DNA of 64,000 nucleotides from Schmidtea polychroa (Eukaryota): assembly GCA_044892525.1 (NCBI GenBank), contig CM097885.1:139190001-139254000 (forward strand), read 5' to 3'. The notes below the pieces were generated by a model that saw only the letters and a list, made by a program, of their open reading frames with translations, was not told the DNA's origin and ran no database searches. Below, piece by piece: positions 1-15,263 of this stretch (positions are counted from its first letter, which is position 1; each line of letters starts with the position of its first letter). The translations under genes were made by a program, and so were the position numbers.

Positions 1-3000
1 AATTTAATTTAATTTTTAACCAATCAAATTTGAATAAATTAATATTAATTTAAATAATTTCACAATTTGAAATGAATTTAATTTATTTTAATTTTTAACA
101 ATTCAAATTTGAATAAATTATTAATAATTTAAATAATTTCACAATTTGAAATGAATTTAATTTTTTTTTAATTTTTATCCAATCAAATTTGAATAAATTA
201 TTATTAATTTAAATAATTATACAATTTGAAATGAATTTAATTAATTTTTATTTTTATCCAATCAAATTTGAATAAATAATTATTAATTTAAATAATTTCA
301 CAATTTGAAATGAATTTAATTTATTTTAATTTTTATCTAATCAAATTTGAATAATTTATTATTAATTTAAATAATTATACAATTTGAAATGAAATTAATT
401 TATTTTAATTTTTAACCAATCAAATTTGAATAAATTACTATTAATTTAAATAATTATACAATTTGAAATGAATTTAATTTATTTTAATTTTTATCCAATC
501 AAATTTGAATAAATTATTATTAATTTAAATAATTTCACAATTTGAAATGATTTTAATTTATTTTAATTTTTATCCAATCAAATTTGAATAATTTAATATT
601 AATTTAAATAATTATACAATTTGAAATGAAATTAATTTAATTTAATTTTTAACCAATCAAATTTGAATAATTTAATATTAATTTAAATAATTTCACAATT
701 TGAAATGAATTTAATTTATTTTAATTTTTAACAATTCAAATTTGAATAAATTATTAATAATTTAAATAATTTCACAATTTGAAATGAATTTAATTTTTTT
801 TTAATTTTTATCCAATCAAATTCGAATAAATTATTATTAATTTAAATAATTATACAATTTGAAATGAATTTAATTAATTTTTATTTTTATCCAATCAAAT
901 TTGAATAAATAATTATTAATTTAAATAATTTCACAATTTGAAATGAATTTAATTTATTTTAATTTTTATCCAATCAAATTTGAATAAATTATTATTAATT
1001 TAAATAATTTCACAATTTGAAATGATTTTAATTTATTTTAATTTTTATCTAATCAAATTTGAATAATTTATTATTAATTTAAATAATTATACAATTTGAA
1101 ATGAAATTAATTTATTTTAATTTTTAACCAATCAAATTTGAATAAATTACTATTAATTTAAATAATTATACAATTTGAAATGAATTTAATTTATTTTAAT
1201 TTTTATCCAATCAAATTTGAATAAATTATTATTAATTTAAATAATTTCACAATTTGAAATGATTTTAATTTATTTTAATTTTTATCCAATCAAATTTGAA
1301 TAATTTAATATTAATTTAAATAAATTCACAATTTGAAATGAAATTAATTTAAATTAATTTTTAACCAATCAAATTTGAATAAATTAATATTAATTTAAAT
1401 AATTTCACAATTTGAAATGATTTTAATTTATTTTAATTTTTATCCAATCAAATTTGAATAAATTATTATTAATTTAAATAATTTCACAATTTGAAATGAA
1501 TTTAATTTATTTTAATTTTTAACAATTCAAATTTGAATAAATTATTAATAATTTAAATAATTTCACAATTTGAAATGAATTTAATTTTTTTTTAATTTTT
1601 ATCCAATCAAATTTGAATAAATTATTATTAATTTAAATAATTATACAATTTGAAATGAATTTAATTAATTTTAATTTTTATCCAATCAAATTTGAATAAA
1701 TTAATATTAATTTAAATAATTTCACAATTTGAAATGAATTTAAATTTATTTTAATTTTTATCCAATCAAATTTGAATAAATTAATATTAATTTAAATAAT
1801 TTCACAATTTGAAATGATTTTAATTTATTTTAATTTTTATCCAATCAAATTTGAATAAATTATTATTAATTTAAATAATTTCACAATTTGAAATGAATTT
1901 AATTTATTTTAATTTTTATCCAATCAAATTTGAATAAATTATTATTAATTTAAATAATTATACAATTTGAAATGAATTTAATTAATTTTAATTTTTATCC
2001 AATCAAATTTGAATAAATTAATATTAATTTAAATAACTTCACAATTTGAAATGAATTTAAATTTATTTTAATTTTTATCCAATCAAATTTGAATAAATTA
2101 ATATTAATTTAAATAATTTCACAATTTGAAATGATTTTAATTTATTTTAATTTTTATCCAATCAAATTTGAATAAATTATTATTAATTTAAATAATTTCA
2201 CAATTTGAAATGAATTTAATTTATTTTAATTTTTATCCAATCAAATTTGAATAAATTATTATTAATTCAAATAATTTCACAATTTGAAATGATTTCAATT
2301 TATTTTAATTTTTATCTAATCAAATTTGAATAATTTAATATTAATTTAAATAATTATACAATTTGAAATGAAATTAATTTATTTTAATTTTTAACCAATC
2401 AAATTTGAATAAATTACTATTAATTTAAACAATTATACAATTTGAAATGAATTTAATTTATTTTAATTTTTATCCAATCAAATTTGAATAAATTATTATT
2501 AATTTAAATAATTTCACAATTTGAAATGATTTTAATTTATTTTAATTTTTATCCAATCAAATTTGAATAATTTAATATTAATTTAAATAATTATACAATT
2601 TGAAATGAAATTAATTTATTTTAATTTTTAACCAATCAAATTTGAATAAATTACTATTAATTTAAACAATTATACAATTTGAAATGAATTTAATTTATTT
2701 TTATTTTTATCCAATCAAATTTGAATAAATTAATATTAATTTAAATAATTTCACAATTTGAAATGAATTAAATTATTTTAATTATTATCCAATTAAATTT
2801 AAAATAATTAAATAAAATTTAAATAATTTCACAATTTGAAATGAATTTAATTTATTTTAATTTTTTTCATATCAAATTTGAATAAATTAATATTTATTTA
2901 AATAATTTCACAATTTGAAATGAATTTAATTTTTTTTTAATTTTTATCCAATCAAATTTGAATTAATTATTATTAATTTTAATAATTATACAATTTGAAA

Positions 3001-6000
3001 TGAATTTAATTTATTTTAATTTTTATCCAATCAAATTTGAATAAAATTTGAAATTTGAATAAAATTTTGAACAATTTGAAATAAATTTAATTTATTTTAA
3101 TTTTTATCCAATCAAATTTGAATAAATTAATATAAATTTAAATAATTTCACAATTTGAAATGATTTTAATTTATTTTAATTTTTATCTAATCAAATTTGA
3201 ATAATTTAATATTAATTTAAATAATTATACAATTTGAAATGAAATTAATTTATTTTAATTTTTAACCAATCAAATTTGAATAAATTACTATTAATTTAAA
3301 TAATTTCACAATTTGAAATGATTTATTTTTTTTTAATTTTTATCCAATCAAATTTGAATAAATTATTATTAATTTAAATAATTATACAATTTGAAATGAA
3401 TTTAATTAATTTTAATTTTTATCCAATCAAATTTGAATAAATTATTATTAATTTAAATAATTTCACAATTTGAAATGAAATTAAATTTATTTTAATTTTT
3501 ATCCAATCAAATTTGAATAAATTAATATTAATTTAAATAATTTCACAATTTGAAATGATTTTAATTTATTTTAATTTTTATCCAATCAAATTTGAATAAA
3601 TTATTATTAATTTAAATAATTTCACAATTTGAAATGAATTTAATTTATTCTAATTTTTATCCAATCAAATTTGAATAATTTATTATTAATTTAAATAATT
3701 ATACAATTTGAAATGAAATTAATTTATTTTAATTTTTAACCAATCAAATTTGAATAAATTAATATTAATTTAAATAATTTCACAATTTGAAATGATTTTA
3801 ATTTATTTTAATTTTTATCCAATCAAATTTGAATAAATTATTATTAATTTAAATAATTTCACAATTTGAAATGAATTTAATTTATTCTAATTTTTATCCA
3901 ATCAAATTTGAATAAATTATTATTAATTTAAATAATTTCACAATTTGAAATGATTTTAATTTATTTTAATTTTTATCTAATCAAATTTGAATAATTTATT
4001 ATTAATTTAAATAATTATACAATTTGAAATGAAATTAATTTATTTTAATTTTTAACCAATCAAATTTGAATAAATTACTATTAATTTAAATAATTATACA
4101 ATTTGAAATGAATTTAATTTATTTTAATTTTTATCCAATCAAATTTGAATAAATTATTATTAATTTAAATAATTTCACAATTTGAAATGATTTTAATTTA
4201 TTTTAATTTTTATCCAATCAAATTTGAATAATTTAATATTAATTTAAATAATTATACAATTTGAAATGAAATTAATTTAATTTAATTTTTAACCAATCAA
4301 ATTTGAATAAATTAATATTAATTTAAATAATTTCACAATTTGAAATGAATTTAATTTATTTTAATTTTTAACAATTCAAATTTGAATAAATTATTAATAA
4401 TTTAAATAATTTCACAATTTGAAATGAATTTAATTTTTTTTTAATTTTTATCCAATCAAATTTGAATAAATTATTATTAATTTAAATAATTATACAATTT
4501 GAAATGAATTTAATTAATTTTTATTTTTATCCAATCAAATTTGAATAAATAATTATTAATTTAAATAATTTCACAATTTGAAATGAATTTAATTTATTTT
4601 AATTTTTATCTAATCAAATTTGAATAATTTATTATTAATTTAAATAATTATACAATTTGAAATGAAATTAATTTATTTTAATTTTTAACCAATCAAATTT
4701 GAATAAATTACTATTAATTTAAATAATTATACAATTTGAAATGAATTTAATTTATTTTAATTTTTATCCAATCAAATTTGAATAAATTATTATTAATTTA
4801 AATAATTTCACAATTTGAAATGATTTTAATTTATTTTAATTTTTATCCAATCAAATTTGAATAATTTAATATTAATTTAAATAATTATACAATTTGAAAT
4901 GAAATTAATTTAATTTAATTTTTAACCAATCAAATTTGAATAATTTAATATTAATTTAAATAATTTCACAATTTGAAATGAATTTAATTTATTTTAATTT
5001 TTAACAATTCAAATTTGAATAAATTATTAATAATTTAAATAATTTCACAATTTGAAATGAATTTAATTTTTTTTTAATTTTTATCCAATCAAATTCGAAT
5101 AAATTATTATTAATTTAAATAATTATACAATTTGAAATGAATTTAATTAATTTTTATTTTTATCCAATCAAATTTGAATAAATAATTATTAATTTAAATA
5201 ATTTCACAATTTGAAATGAATTTAATTTATTTTAATTTTTATCCAATCAAATTTGAATAAATTATTATTAATTTAAATAATTTCACAATTTGAAATGATT
5301 TTAATTTATTTTAATTTTTATCTAATCAAATTTGAATAATTTATTATTAATTTAAATAATTATACAATTTGAAATGAAATTAATTTATTTTAATTTTTAA
5401 CCAATCAAATTTGAATAAATTACTATTAATTTAAATAATTATACAATTTGAAATGAATTTAATTTATTTTAATTTTTATCCAATCAAATTTGAATAAATT
5501 ATTATTAATTTAAATAATTTCACAATTTGAAATGATTTTAATTTATTTTAATTTTTATCCAATCAAATTTGAATAATTTAATATTAATTTAAATAAATTC
5601 ACAATTTGAAATGAAATTAATTTAAATTAATTTTTAACCAATCAAATTTGAATAAATTAATATTAATTTAAATAATTTCACAATTTGAAATGATTTTAAT
5701 TTATTTTAATTTTTATCCAATCAAATTTGAATAAATTATTATTAATTTAAATAATTTCACAATTTGAAATGAATTTAATTTATTTTAATTTTTAACAATT
5801 CAAATTTGAATAAATTATTAATAATTTAAATAATTTCACAATTTGAAATGAATTTAATTTTTTTTTAATTTTTATCCAATCAAATTTGAATAAATTATTA
5901 TTAATTTAAATAATTATACAATTTGAAATGAATTTAATTAATTTTAATTTTTATCCAATCAAATTTGAATAAATTAATATTAATTTAAATAATTTCACAA

Positions 6001-9000
6001 TTTGAAATGAATTTAAATTTATTTTAATTTTTATCCAATCAAATTTGAATAAATTAATATTAATTTAAATAATTTCACAATTTGAAATGATTTTAATTTA
6101 TTTTAATTTTTATCCAATCAAATTTGAATAAATTATTATTAATTTAAATAATTTCACAATTTGAAATGAATTTAATTTATTTTAATTTTTATCCAATCAA
6201 ATTTGAATAAATTATTATTAATTTAAATAATTATACAATTTGAAATGAATTTAATTAATTTTAATTTTTATCCAATCAAATTTGAATAAATTAATATTAA
6301 TTTAAATAACTTCACAATTTGAAATGAATTTAAATTTATTTTAATTTTTATCCAATCAAATTTGAATAAATTAATATTAATTTAAATAATTTCACAATTT
6401 GAAATGATTTTAATTTATTTTAATTTTTATCCAATCAAATTTGAATAAATTATTATTAATTTAAATAATTTCACAATTTGAAATGAATTTAATTTATTTT
6501 AATTTTTATCCAATCAAATTTGAATAAATTATTATTAATTCAAATAATTTCACAATTTGAAATGATTTCAATTTATTTTAATTTTTATCTAATCAAATTT
6601 GAATAATTTAATATTAATTTAAATAATTATACAATTTGAAATGAAATTAATTTATTTTAATTTTTAACCAATCAAATTTGAATAAATTACTATTAATTTA
6701 AACAATTATACAATTTGAAATGAATTTAATTTATTTTAATTTTTATCCAATCAAATTTGAATAAATTATTATTAATTTAAATAATTTCACAATTTGAAAT
6801 GATTTTAATTTATTTTAATTTTTATCCAATCAAATTTGAATAATTTAATATTAATTTAAATAATTATACAATTTGAAATGAAATTAATTTATTTTCATTT
6901 TTAACCAATCAAATTTGAATAAATTAATAATAATTAAAATAATTTCACAATTTAAAATGATTTTAATTTATTTTAATTTTTATCCAATCAAATTTGAATA
7001 AATTATTATTAATTTAAATAATTTCACAATTTGAAATTAATTTAATTTATTTTAATTTTTAACAATTCAAATTTGAATAAATTATTAATAATTTAAATAA
7101 TTTCACAATTTGAAATGAATTTAATTTTTTTTTAATTTTTATCCAATCAAATTTGAATAAATTATTATTAATTTAAATAATTATACAATTTGAAATGAAT
7201 TTAATTAATTTTAATTTTTATCCAATCAAATTTGAATAAATTAATATTAATTTAAATAATTTCACAATTTGAAATGAATTTAAATTTATTTTAATTTTTA
7301 TCCAATCAAATTTGAATAAATTAATATTAATTTAAATAATTTCACAATTTGAAATGATTTTAATTTATTTTAATTTTTATCCAATCAAATTTGAATAAAT
7401 TATTATTAATTTAAATAATTTCACAATTTGAAATGAATTTAATTTATTTTAATTTTTATCCAATCAAATTTGAATAAATTATTATTAATTTAAATAATTT
7501 CACAATTTGAAATGAATTTAATTTATTTTAATTTTTATCCAATCAAATTTGAATAAATTAATATAAATTTAAATAATTTCACAATTTGAGATGATTTCAA
7601 TTTATTTTAATTTTTATCTAATCAAATTTGAATAATTTAATATTAATTTAAATAATTATACAATTTGAAATGAAATTAATTTATTTTCATTTTTAACCAA
7701 TCAAATTTGAATAAATTACTATTAATTTAAATAATTATACAATTTGAAATGAATTTAATTTATTTTTATTTTTATCCAATCAAATTTGAATAAATTAATA
7801 TTAATTTAAATAATTTCACAATTTGAAATGAATTTAATTTATTTTAATTTTTATCCAATCATATTTGAAATAATTTAAATTAATTGAAATAATTATACAA
7901 TTTGAAATGAATTTAATTTATTTAAATTTTTATCCAATCAAATTTGAATAAATTAATATTAATTTAAATAATTTCACAATTTGAAATGAATTAAATTATT
8001 TTAATTATTATCCAATTAAATTTAAAATAATTAAATAAAATTTAAATAATTTCACAATTTGAAATGAATTTAATTTATTTTAATTTTTTTCATATCAAAT
8101 TTGAATAAATTAATATTTATTTAAATAATTTCACAATTTGAAATGAATTTAATTTTTTTTTAATTTTTATCCAATCAAATTTGAATTAATTATTATTAAT
8201 TTTAATAATTATACAATTTGAAATGAATTTAATTTATTTATTTTTATCCAATCAAATTTGAATAAAATTTGAAATTTGAATAAAATTTTGAACAATTTGA
8301 AATAAATTTAATTTATTTTAATTTTTATCCAATCAAATTTGAATAAATTAATATAAATTTAAATAATTTCACAATTTGAAATGATTTTAATTTATTTTAA
8401 TTTTTATCTAATCAAATTTGAATAATTTAATATTAATTTAAATAATTATACAATTTGAAATGAAATTAATTTATTTTAATTTTTAACCAATCAAATTTGA
8501 ATAAATTACTATTAATTTAAATAATTTCACAATTTGAAATGAATTTAATTTTTTTTTAATTTTTATCCAATCAAATTTGAATAAATTATTATTAATTTAA
8601 ATAATTTCACAATTTGAAATGATTTTAATTTATTTTAATTTTTATCCAATCAAATTTGAATAAATTATTATTAATTTAAATAATTTCACAATTTGAAATG
8701 AATTTAATTTATTTTAATTTTTATCCAATCAAATTTGAATAAATTATTATTAATTTAAATAATTTCACAATTTGAAATGATTTCAATTTATTTTAATTTT
8801 TATCCAATCAAATTTGAATAAATTAATATAAATTTAAATAATTTCACAATTTGAAATGATTTCAATTTATTTTAATTTTTATCTAATCAAATTTGAATAA
8901 TTTAATACTAATTTAAATAATTATACAATTTGAAATGATTTTAATTTATTTTAATTTTTATCCAATCAAATTTGAATAAATTATTATTAATTTAAATAAT

Positions 9001-10670
9001 TTCACAATTTGAAATGAATTTAATTTATTTTAATTTTTATCCAATCAAATTTGAATAAATTATTATTAATTTAAATAATTTCACAATTTGAAATGAATTT
9101 AATTTATTTTAATTTTTATCCAATCAAATTTGAATAAATTATTATTAATTTAAATAATTTCACAATTTGAAATGATTTTAATTTATTTTAATTTTTATCT
9201 AATCAAATTTGAATAATTTAATATTAATTTAAATAATTATACAATTTGAAATGAAATTAATTTATTTTCATTTTTAACCAATCAAATTTGAATAAATTAC
9301 TATTAATTTAAATAATTATACAATTTGAAATGAAATTAATTTATTTTAATTTTTATCTAATCAAATTTGAATAAATTATTATTTATTTAAATAATTTCAC
9401 AATTTGAAATGAATTTAATTTATTTTAATTTTTATCCAATCAAATTTGAATAAATTATTATTAATTTAAATAATTTCACAATTTGAAATGATTTTAATTT
9501 ATTTTAATTTTTATCCAATCAAATTTGAATAAATTATTATTAATTTAAATAATTTCACAATTTGAAATGAATTTAATTTATTTTAATTTTTATCCAATCA
9601 AATTTGAATAAATTATTATTAATTTAAATAATTTCACAATTTGAAATGAATTTAATTTATTTTAATTTTTATCCAATCAAATTTGAATAAATTATTATTA
9701 ATTTAAATAATTTCACAATTTGAAATGATTTTAATTTATTTTAATTTTTATCTAATCAAATTTGAATAATTTAATATTAATTTAAATAATTATACAATTT
9801 GAAATGAAATTAATTTATTTTAATTTTTATCCAATCAAATTTGAATTAATTATTTTTACTTTAAATAATTATACAATTTGAAATGAATTTAATTTATTTT
9901 AATTTTTATCCAATCAAATTTGAATTAATTATTTTTACTTTAAATAATTATACAATTTGAAATGAATTTAATTTATTTTAATTTTTATCCAATCAAATTT
10001 GAATAAAATTTGAAATTTGAATAAAATTTTGAACAATTTGAAATAAATTTAATTTATTTTAATTTTTATCCAATCAAATTTGAATAAATTAATATAAATT
10101 TAAATAATTTCACAATTTGAAATGATTTTAATTTATTTTAATTTTTATCTAATCAAATTTGAATAATTTAATATTAATTTAAATAATTATACAATTTGAA
10201 ATGAAATTAATTTATTTTAATTTTTATCCAATCAAATTTGAATAAATTACTATTAATTTAAATAATTTCACAATTTGAAATGAATTTAATTTATTTTAAT
10301 TTTTATCCAATCAAATTTGAATAAATTATTATTAATTTAAATAATTTCACAATTTGAAATGATTTTAATTTATTTTAATTATTATCCAATCAAATTTGAA
10401 ATAATTTAAATTAATTGAAATAATTATACAATTTGAAATGAATTTAATTTATTTTAATTTTTATCCAATCAAATTTGAATAAAATATTATCTATTTAAAT
10501 AATTTTACAATTTGTAATGAATTTAATTTATTTTAATTTTTATCCAATCAAATTTAAATAAATTAATATTAATTTAAATAATTTCACAATTTGAAGTGAA
10601 TTAAATTTATTTTAGTTATTATCCAATTAAATTTAAAATAATTAAATTAAATTTAAATAATTTCGAATAT
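1..10670. repeat. AT-rich tandem satellite, 79-bp monomer (~135 copies in the window, open at the left edge)
   Basis: Consensus AATTTAATTTATTTTAATTTTTATCCAATCAAATTTGAATAAATTATTATTAATTTAAATAATTTCACAATTTGAAATG repeats head-to-tail with a 79-80 bp period. Monomers degenerate at ~10480-10670. Confidence 0.98.
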
Positions 10671-10746
10671 TTTAAGATTTTGCTCAACAATTTGACCGAA
10701 TTATTGAATTATTGACAAATTTATAAATACAGAAATAAAATTACTT

Positions 10747-11598
10747 GGGGGAAGATCGTCATGACAAACCGGACGATATATGAGAACTCAGAAAAGAAAA
10801 CGGAAGTAAAAAGAAATGAGAAATAAAAAACAAGAATGAAACAAATGAAATCAGACATGAAGACAAGTACAAAATGGAAGAGGAATTTCGAAATCGGGAA
10901 AATAGAAAAACAACAACACTTATCTAAACAGTAACAAAACAAATCTAAACGGGAACAAAACAAAAACAGGCCGGAGCCGCAAAAGGGAAAATTAGAAAAT
11001 ATCTCGACAGCTGTCAAAAATAACTCGGTCGCAGGGGAAATTGAGAAATCATGTTTGAGAAAAAATGGTAAATAAAAGATAAACTGAAATTGACGAGGTA
11101 TAAAAGGAAGTAGCACAGCAGAAGCAGGTAGAACGATAGAGAGAACAATTTAGAAAGAATTATGAGAACAAATGAGAAAACAATTTAGCGACCAGTTTGG
11201 AGGAACAAAATTTGAATGAAATTGCAGCAGAGAAATTAAAGAAAAAACAGAAATAAAGAGAAGCAGCAAGAGTTTATTCAATTGATAATAGAGTAAAGTT
11301 CGACGAGTAAATCCAAGTCGAATCAGAATACAACCAGTTAAAATTACCAATTATTACACTCCTCAGTTGTGAAAGATTTGTCAAATCAAGGTTATACGCA
11401 CGTGCCATTCCTCACAATAGTGTTGTAATAAACACTGTATAATCGATAGTTAGCTTGTTGAGCCAATTGTATCATTGTAAAAATATTTGTGATATTCAAT
11501 AAAGTTTCCAGTGTTAATTGTTGTTTGTGGATCAGTCAAAGACACGCTTGGAGTCAGAGTAAAAATTTTAATTTTATCACCAACCCAATAACCCAACA
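10747..11598 (+). mobile_element. Possible LTR / solo-LTR relic
   Basis: Purine tract GGGGGAAGA at ~10747, TATAAAAGG at ~11099, AATAAA at ~11498 and a ...CCCAACA end. No second LTR copy is present to confirm it. Confidence 0.3.
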
Positions 11599-12184
11599 GA
11601 ATTATTAAAGTAAGAAGATAGGATTACCGGATAGGAAATAAAGGAATCAAGTTAAGTCAAAGGATTAAAGAAAAGAGGGGATTATTGTTGTAGAACGTGG
11701 GGAACCAAAGCGGTCACATCGAGACTTCACATCCGAATCCAGTCGTTTAATTTGGTTTAAATATTCGGTACTTTATTTTATTAATAAAAAATGAAAATTT
11801 TGTTCAAAAAAATTAGCAAAAATTTATTAAAAAAATTACTTGTTTTCACTTTCTGGCCTGTTTTGCAAACTGGCGTCCGTCATTAACTGCGATATTAAGA
11901 TCAAGCAAATAGGGCAAAACTTTAATTCTAAATGTTCCAACTATTAAAGAAAATGATTTCTTTTCAATGAACATCAATTTAAATGAAAGACTCAATAAAG
12001 TTGAAGACATTGCATCATGTGCAGAGATTGTAGCTACAGGCTTAAAGAAGTTCGCCGAGTATATATTGACTATTAGACCAACTTTAACTGAGAAGTGAGA
12101 AGCTTTGGACTTGCATCACTTATTTATACCCAAAGAAATTGTGGATAAAAAAGCAGCTTCGCAGACTCATGGTAAATGAATATA

Positions 12185-14152
12185 CAGTCGAACTCGGTTA
12201 TTACGAACTCGGTTACTACGAACTCCTGCTTAAAGCGAACAAAAAAATCTTGGTTTGGTTCAAGTTATTTCAATATAGGATTTTCCTGCTTACAACCGGT
12301 TACAACGAACACATTTTTTTATTTAAAAAAATATTCTAAATTATTAAAACTTTTTTAATGTTCGATTTAAAAGTTCAAATATATTTTTTATTCAATCTCA
12401 ACAATTTAATCTTAGGAATAAATTAAAATTTTAAACAATTGTGCCATTTTATTATATTCTCAAATCAACTTCTATGAACATGGGTACAAACAAAAGAAAA
12501 ATCCTCTCAATTTAAGAAAAATTAGAAATTATTTATGAATTGGAAAGCGGAGATAAAAATTCACAGGTTTGTAAAAAATATAATCTTTCAAAATCAACAG
12601 TTTCAACATTTTGTAGAAATAAAGACACAATATTATTGGCATTAGAAACTAACGCTCCAAACTGAAAACAAATTTAAAACTTGTGAAAAAGTTGATGTTG
12701 ATCATGCATTAATTTTATTGTTTCAAGTGCAGAGAGATGCTGGATACCCAATTAATGGCCCAATTTTAAAGATTCAGGCAGAAAAGTTTGCCGAACAATT
12801 GGGTCATGAAAACTTAACTTGCAGAAATGGATGGCTAAAACGATTTAAAAACAGAAACAATATTGTTTATGCAAAAGTCAGCAGAGAAGTCTTTGTCAGC
12901 AAATACAGATCCTGCAATCGAGTGGACAAAATCAGTTTGGTCAGAGCTTTTAAAAAAGAGGATATCTACAATGCAGATGAAACAGACTTGTTTTTTAATT
13001 TAGTACCTGAAATGACTTTCAAATTCAGGGATGAGAAATGTGTTGGTGGAAAAAAAATTTGAAATGGGATAACTGTTTCAGTTTGTGCGAACATGACTGG
13101 AACAAACAAAAAGCAGCTTGTTGTCATTGGGAAATCTCTAAAACCACACTGCTTTAAAAATGTCAAAAACTTTCTGTTGAATATACAGCAAACAAAATGG
13201 CATGGATGACATCTGAAATCTTAAAAAATTACTTGTCAAGGTAGAACAGACATTTAATCACCAAAAAAGGAAGATTTTACTGGTAATTGACAACTTCCCA
13301 GCTCATCCAAAAATTCCCAGTCCAATCAACATTATGTTGGTTTTTCTACCATTAAATGCAACATCAATCTTGCAGCCAATGGACATAGGGGTAATCAGAA
13401 ATCTGAAAGATTATTTATTTCCGAAGATTTCTTGATTTTTTGTTGATTGAAAGTAAAGAAAATGGTAAAGATGACAAAATAAAAATTCGCCTGATAAAGG
13501 ATGCTTGAGACAGTGTCAAATCTTTAAATATCTCACTATTTTAATAAATCTGGTTTGAATCACGAGTCAGTTTTCACCTATCAATATTCTGAGGAGGAAG
13601 ATCTTCCCTTGTCGCAATGGTTAAAGGTAAAAAGAATAAACAACTTTTCACATGTTGAAGACTTGGATGACTTTGCTTCTATTGATGAGGATCTGGTCAC
13701 ATCTGGAATCCCCTTGGAGGAAGACATCCTTCAAGCTATTCTTCAACAAGAGGACAGTGAAGATGAAGATGAAAGTGTCGAAGAAATACTACCTATTGTT
13801 GTGTATTCACAAGCTCGAGCAGCTTTGGAGATTTTTACTAAATTTTCAGAGAACAACAACACACCGAAATCTGTTTCTACAGTACTCTCTGTCATTCGAG
13901 GGCACATTAGAGACATCAAATTGAATTCTATGAAGCAAACTAGTATTTTAAATTATATTTAAAAATGACCGAACAAAAAATTAAAAAACAATAATAAAAA
14001 CCCTTGCAAATCTTATCATTTTTGATGTTTTAATAATAATTTTAAAAAAATCGTTTTTTTCTACTTTTTTTATTTCCTGGTTATATCGAACCCCGGTTAC
14101 AACGAACCAATTTTTCTGGTCCCAAGCAGTTCGTTATAACCGAGTTCGACTG
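12185..14152 (+). mobile_element. pogo/Tigger-type DNA transposon, full length, decayed
   Basis: TIRs CAGTCGAACTCGGTTATTACGAAC / GTTCGTTATAACCGAGTTCGACTG, TA flanks at 12183-84 and 14153-54, and an internal transposase. Confidence 0.95.
12474..13962 (+). pseudogene. Tigger/pogo transposase pseudogene (CENP-B-like HTH + DDE_1)
   Basis: MGTNKRKILSI*EKLEII... N-terminal HTH, GYPINGPILKIQAEKFA, GWLKRFKNR, YNADETDLFF and an acidic C-terminus. Multiple stops and frameshifts. Confidence 0.9.
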
Positions 14153-15263
14153 TATTTGTACTTTGTATTTGTTTTTATAAAAAAATTTAATAATATAATA
14201 ATGCATTTTTGGTCCCAATCAGTCCCTATAATAGTCCCGAATCCCAAAACTGATGATAATAGTTCCGGTTTTTAAAATACTAGCTGTGTTACACGGAATG
14301 TGAAGTGTTCTGTAAAAAATTATCGAAATTAACATGATCCACATATAATTTGAACGTTGTGACCAACAAGTTCAAAAGATTTTTTGAATTAATTATTATT
14401 ATCAATTTTTATTAGCATTGTGTAAGTCGACTTTTTCAGAAAATTTAAATTTAAATTAAATAAAAATTAAATCTTATCTATGTGCAGATAATAATGAAAA
14501 TAAAGGAATCTTGAAAAAATGAGAACTCAAATATTTTTATTTTTGCTAATGTAATATTATTTCGAAAAGTTAATATTAACCTTTTATCATAGATAAGAAT
14601 TATCAATCAAATGATCAGAGTCATGAAGAAATTGAAATCACACAAGAAAATAATAAATTTAGTTTTCCTGATTATCGTAGCTATGAAAAACATTATAATT
14701 AATAACGTCTAAAATTTATTAAGTATAAAATTGTGATGTCGCGATTTGAATTCCATCTGAAGATAATAATGATTTGACTGCGATGCTGGTTCCGGATGAA
14801 AAGTTGCTTCTGAATTATCGGTAAAAATTTTATTGCTACGCCCCATCTCTTCTTTATCTTCTTGTTACTATTTATTTCAACCGTGCGTTTTTTCTTATTC
14901 TGATTATTTAAAAAAGTGTTTTTAATACTTTTATTTTTTATGTAGTACTTTTTAATTTATTATAATATAATATATCTATATAAATAAATATGTAAATATG
15001 AATAAAGTGGAGGCACTACACTAATAATTTTATGGAATCAACACCAATGGACTGTGAGAACAAACTATGATTTTTCTTAAATCTTTAAGCATAATTTTTG
15101 TTCTATATTTTTTTTAAAATAAATCAAACAACTTTTATTTTGAAATTTAATTTTGGAATATCAGTATGTCAATAATAGAACCAATACGTTTTTTAAATTA
15201 TAAATGAAAATAAAATAAAATTTTATTATTTATTTCAAAATAAAAACAATATAAATGAATTTG

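Noticed and set aside
1-10670. CRISPR array interpretation of the regular repeats
   Set aside because: The whole 79-bp unit repeats with no unique spacers, there are no cas genes, and the context is eukaryotic.
10721-11350. 131-aa and 66-aa hydrophobic minus-strand ORFs as membrane proteins
   Set aside because: F/L richness simply mirrors the A-rich plus strand. Starts are non-ATG and there are no motifs.
14270-14300. TACTAGCTGTGTTACACGG as a Helentron/HINE 5' end
   Set aside because: Only a short motif match, with no partner end or hairpin found.
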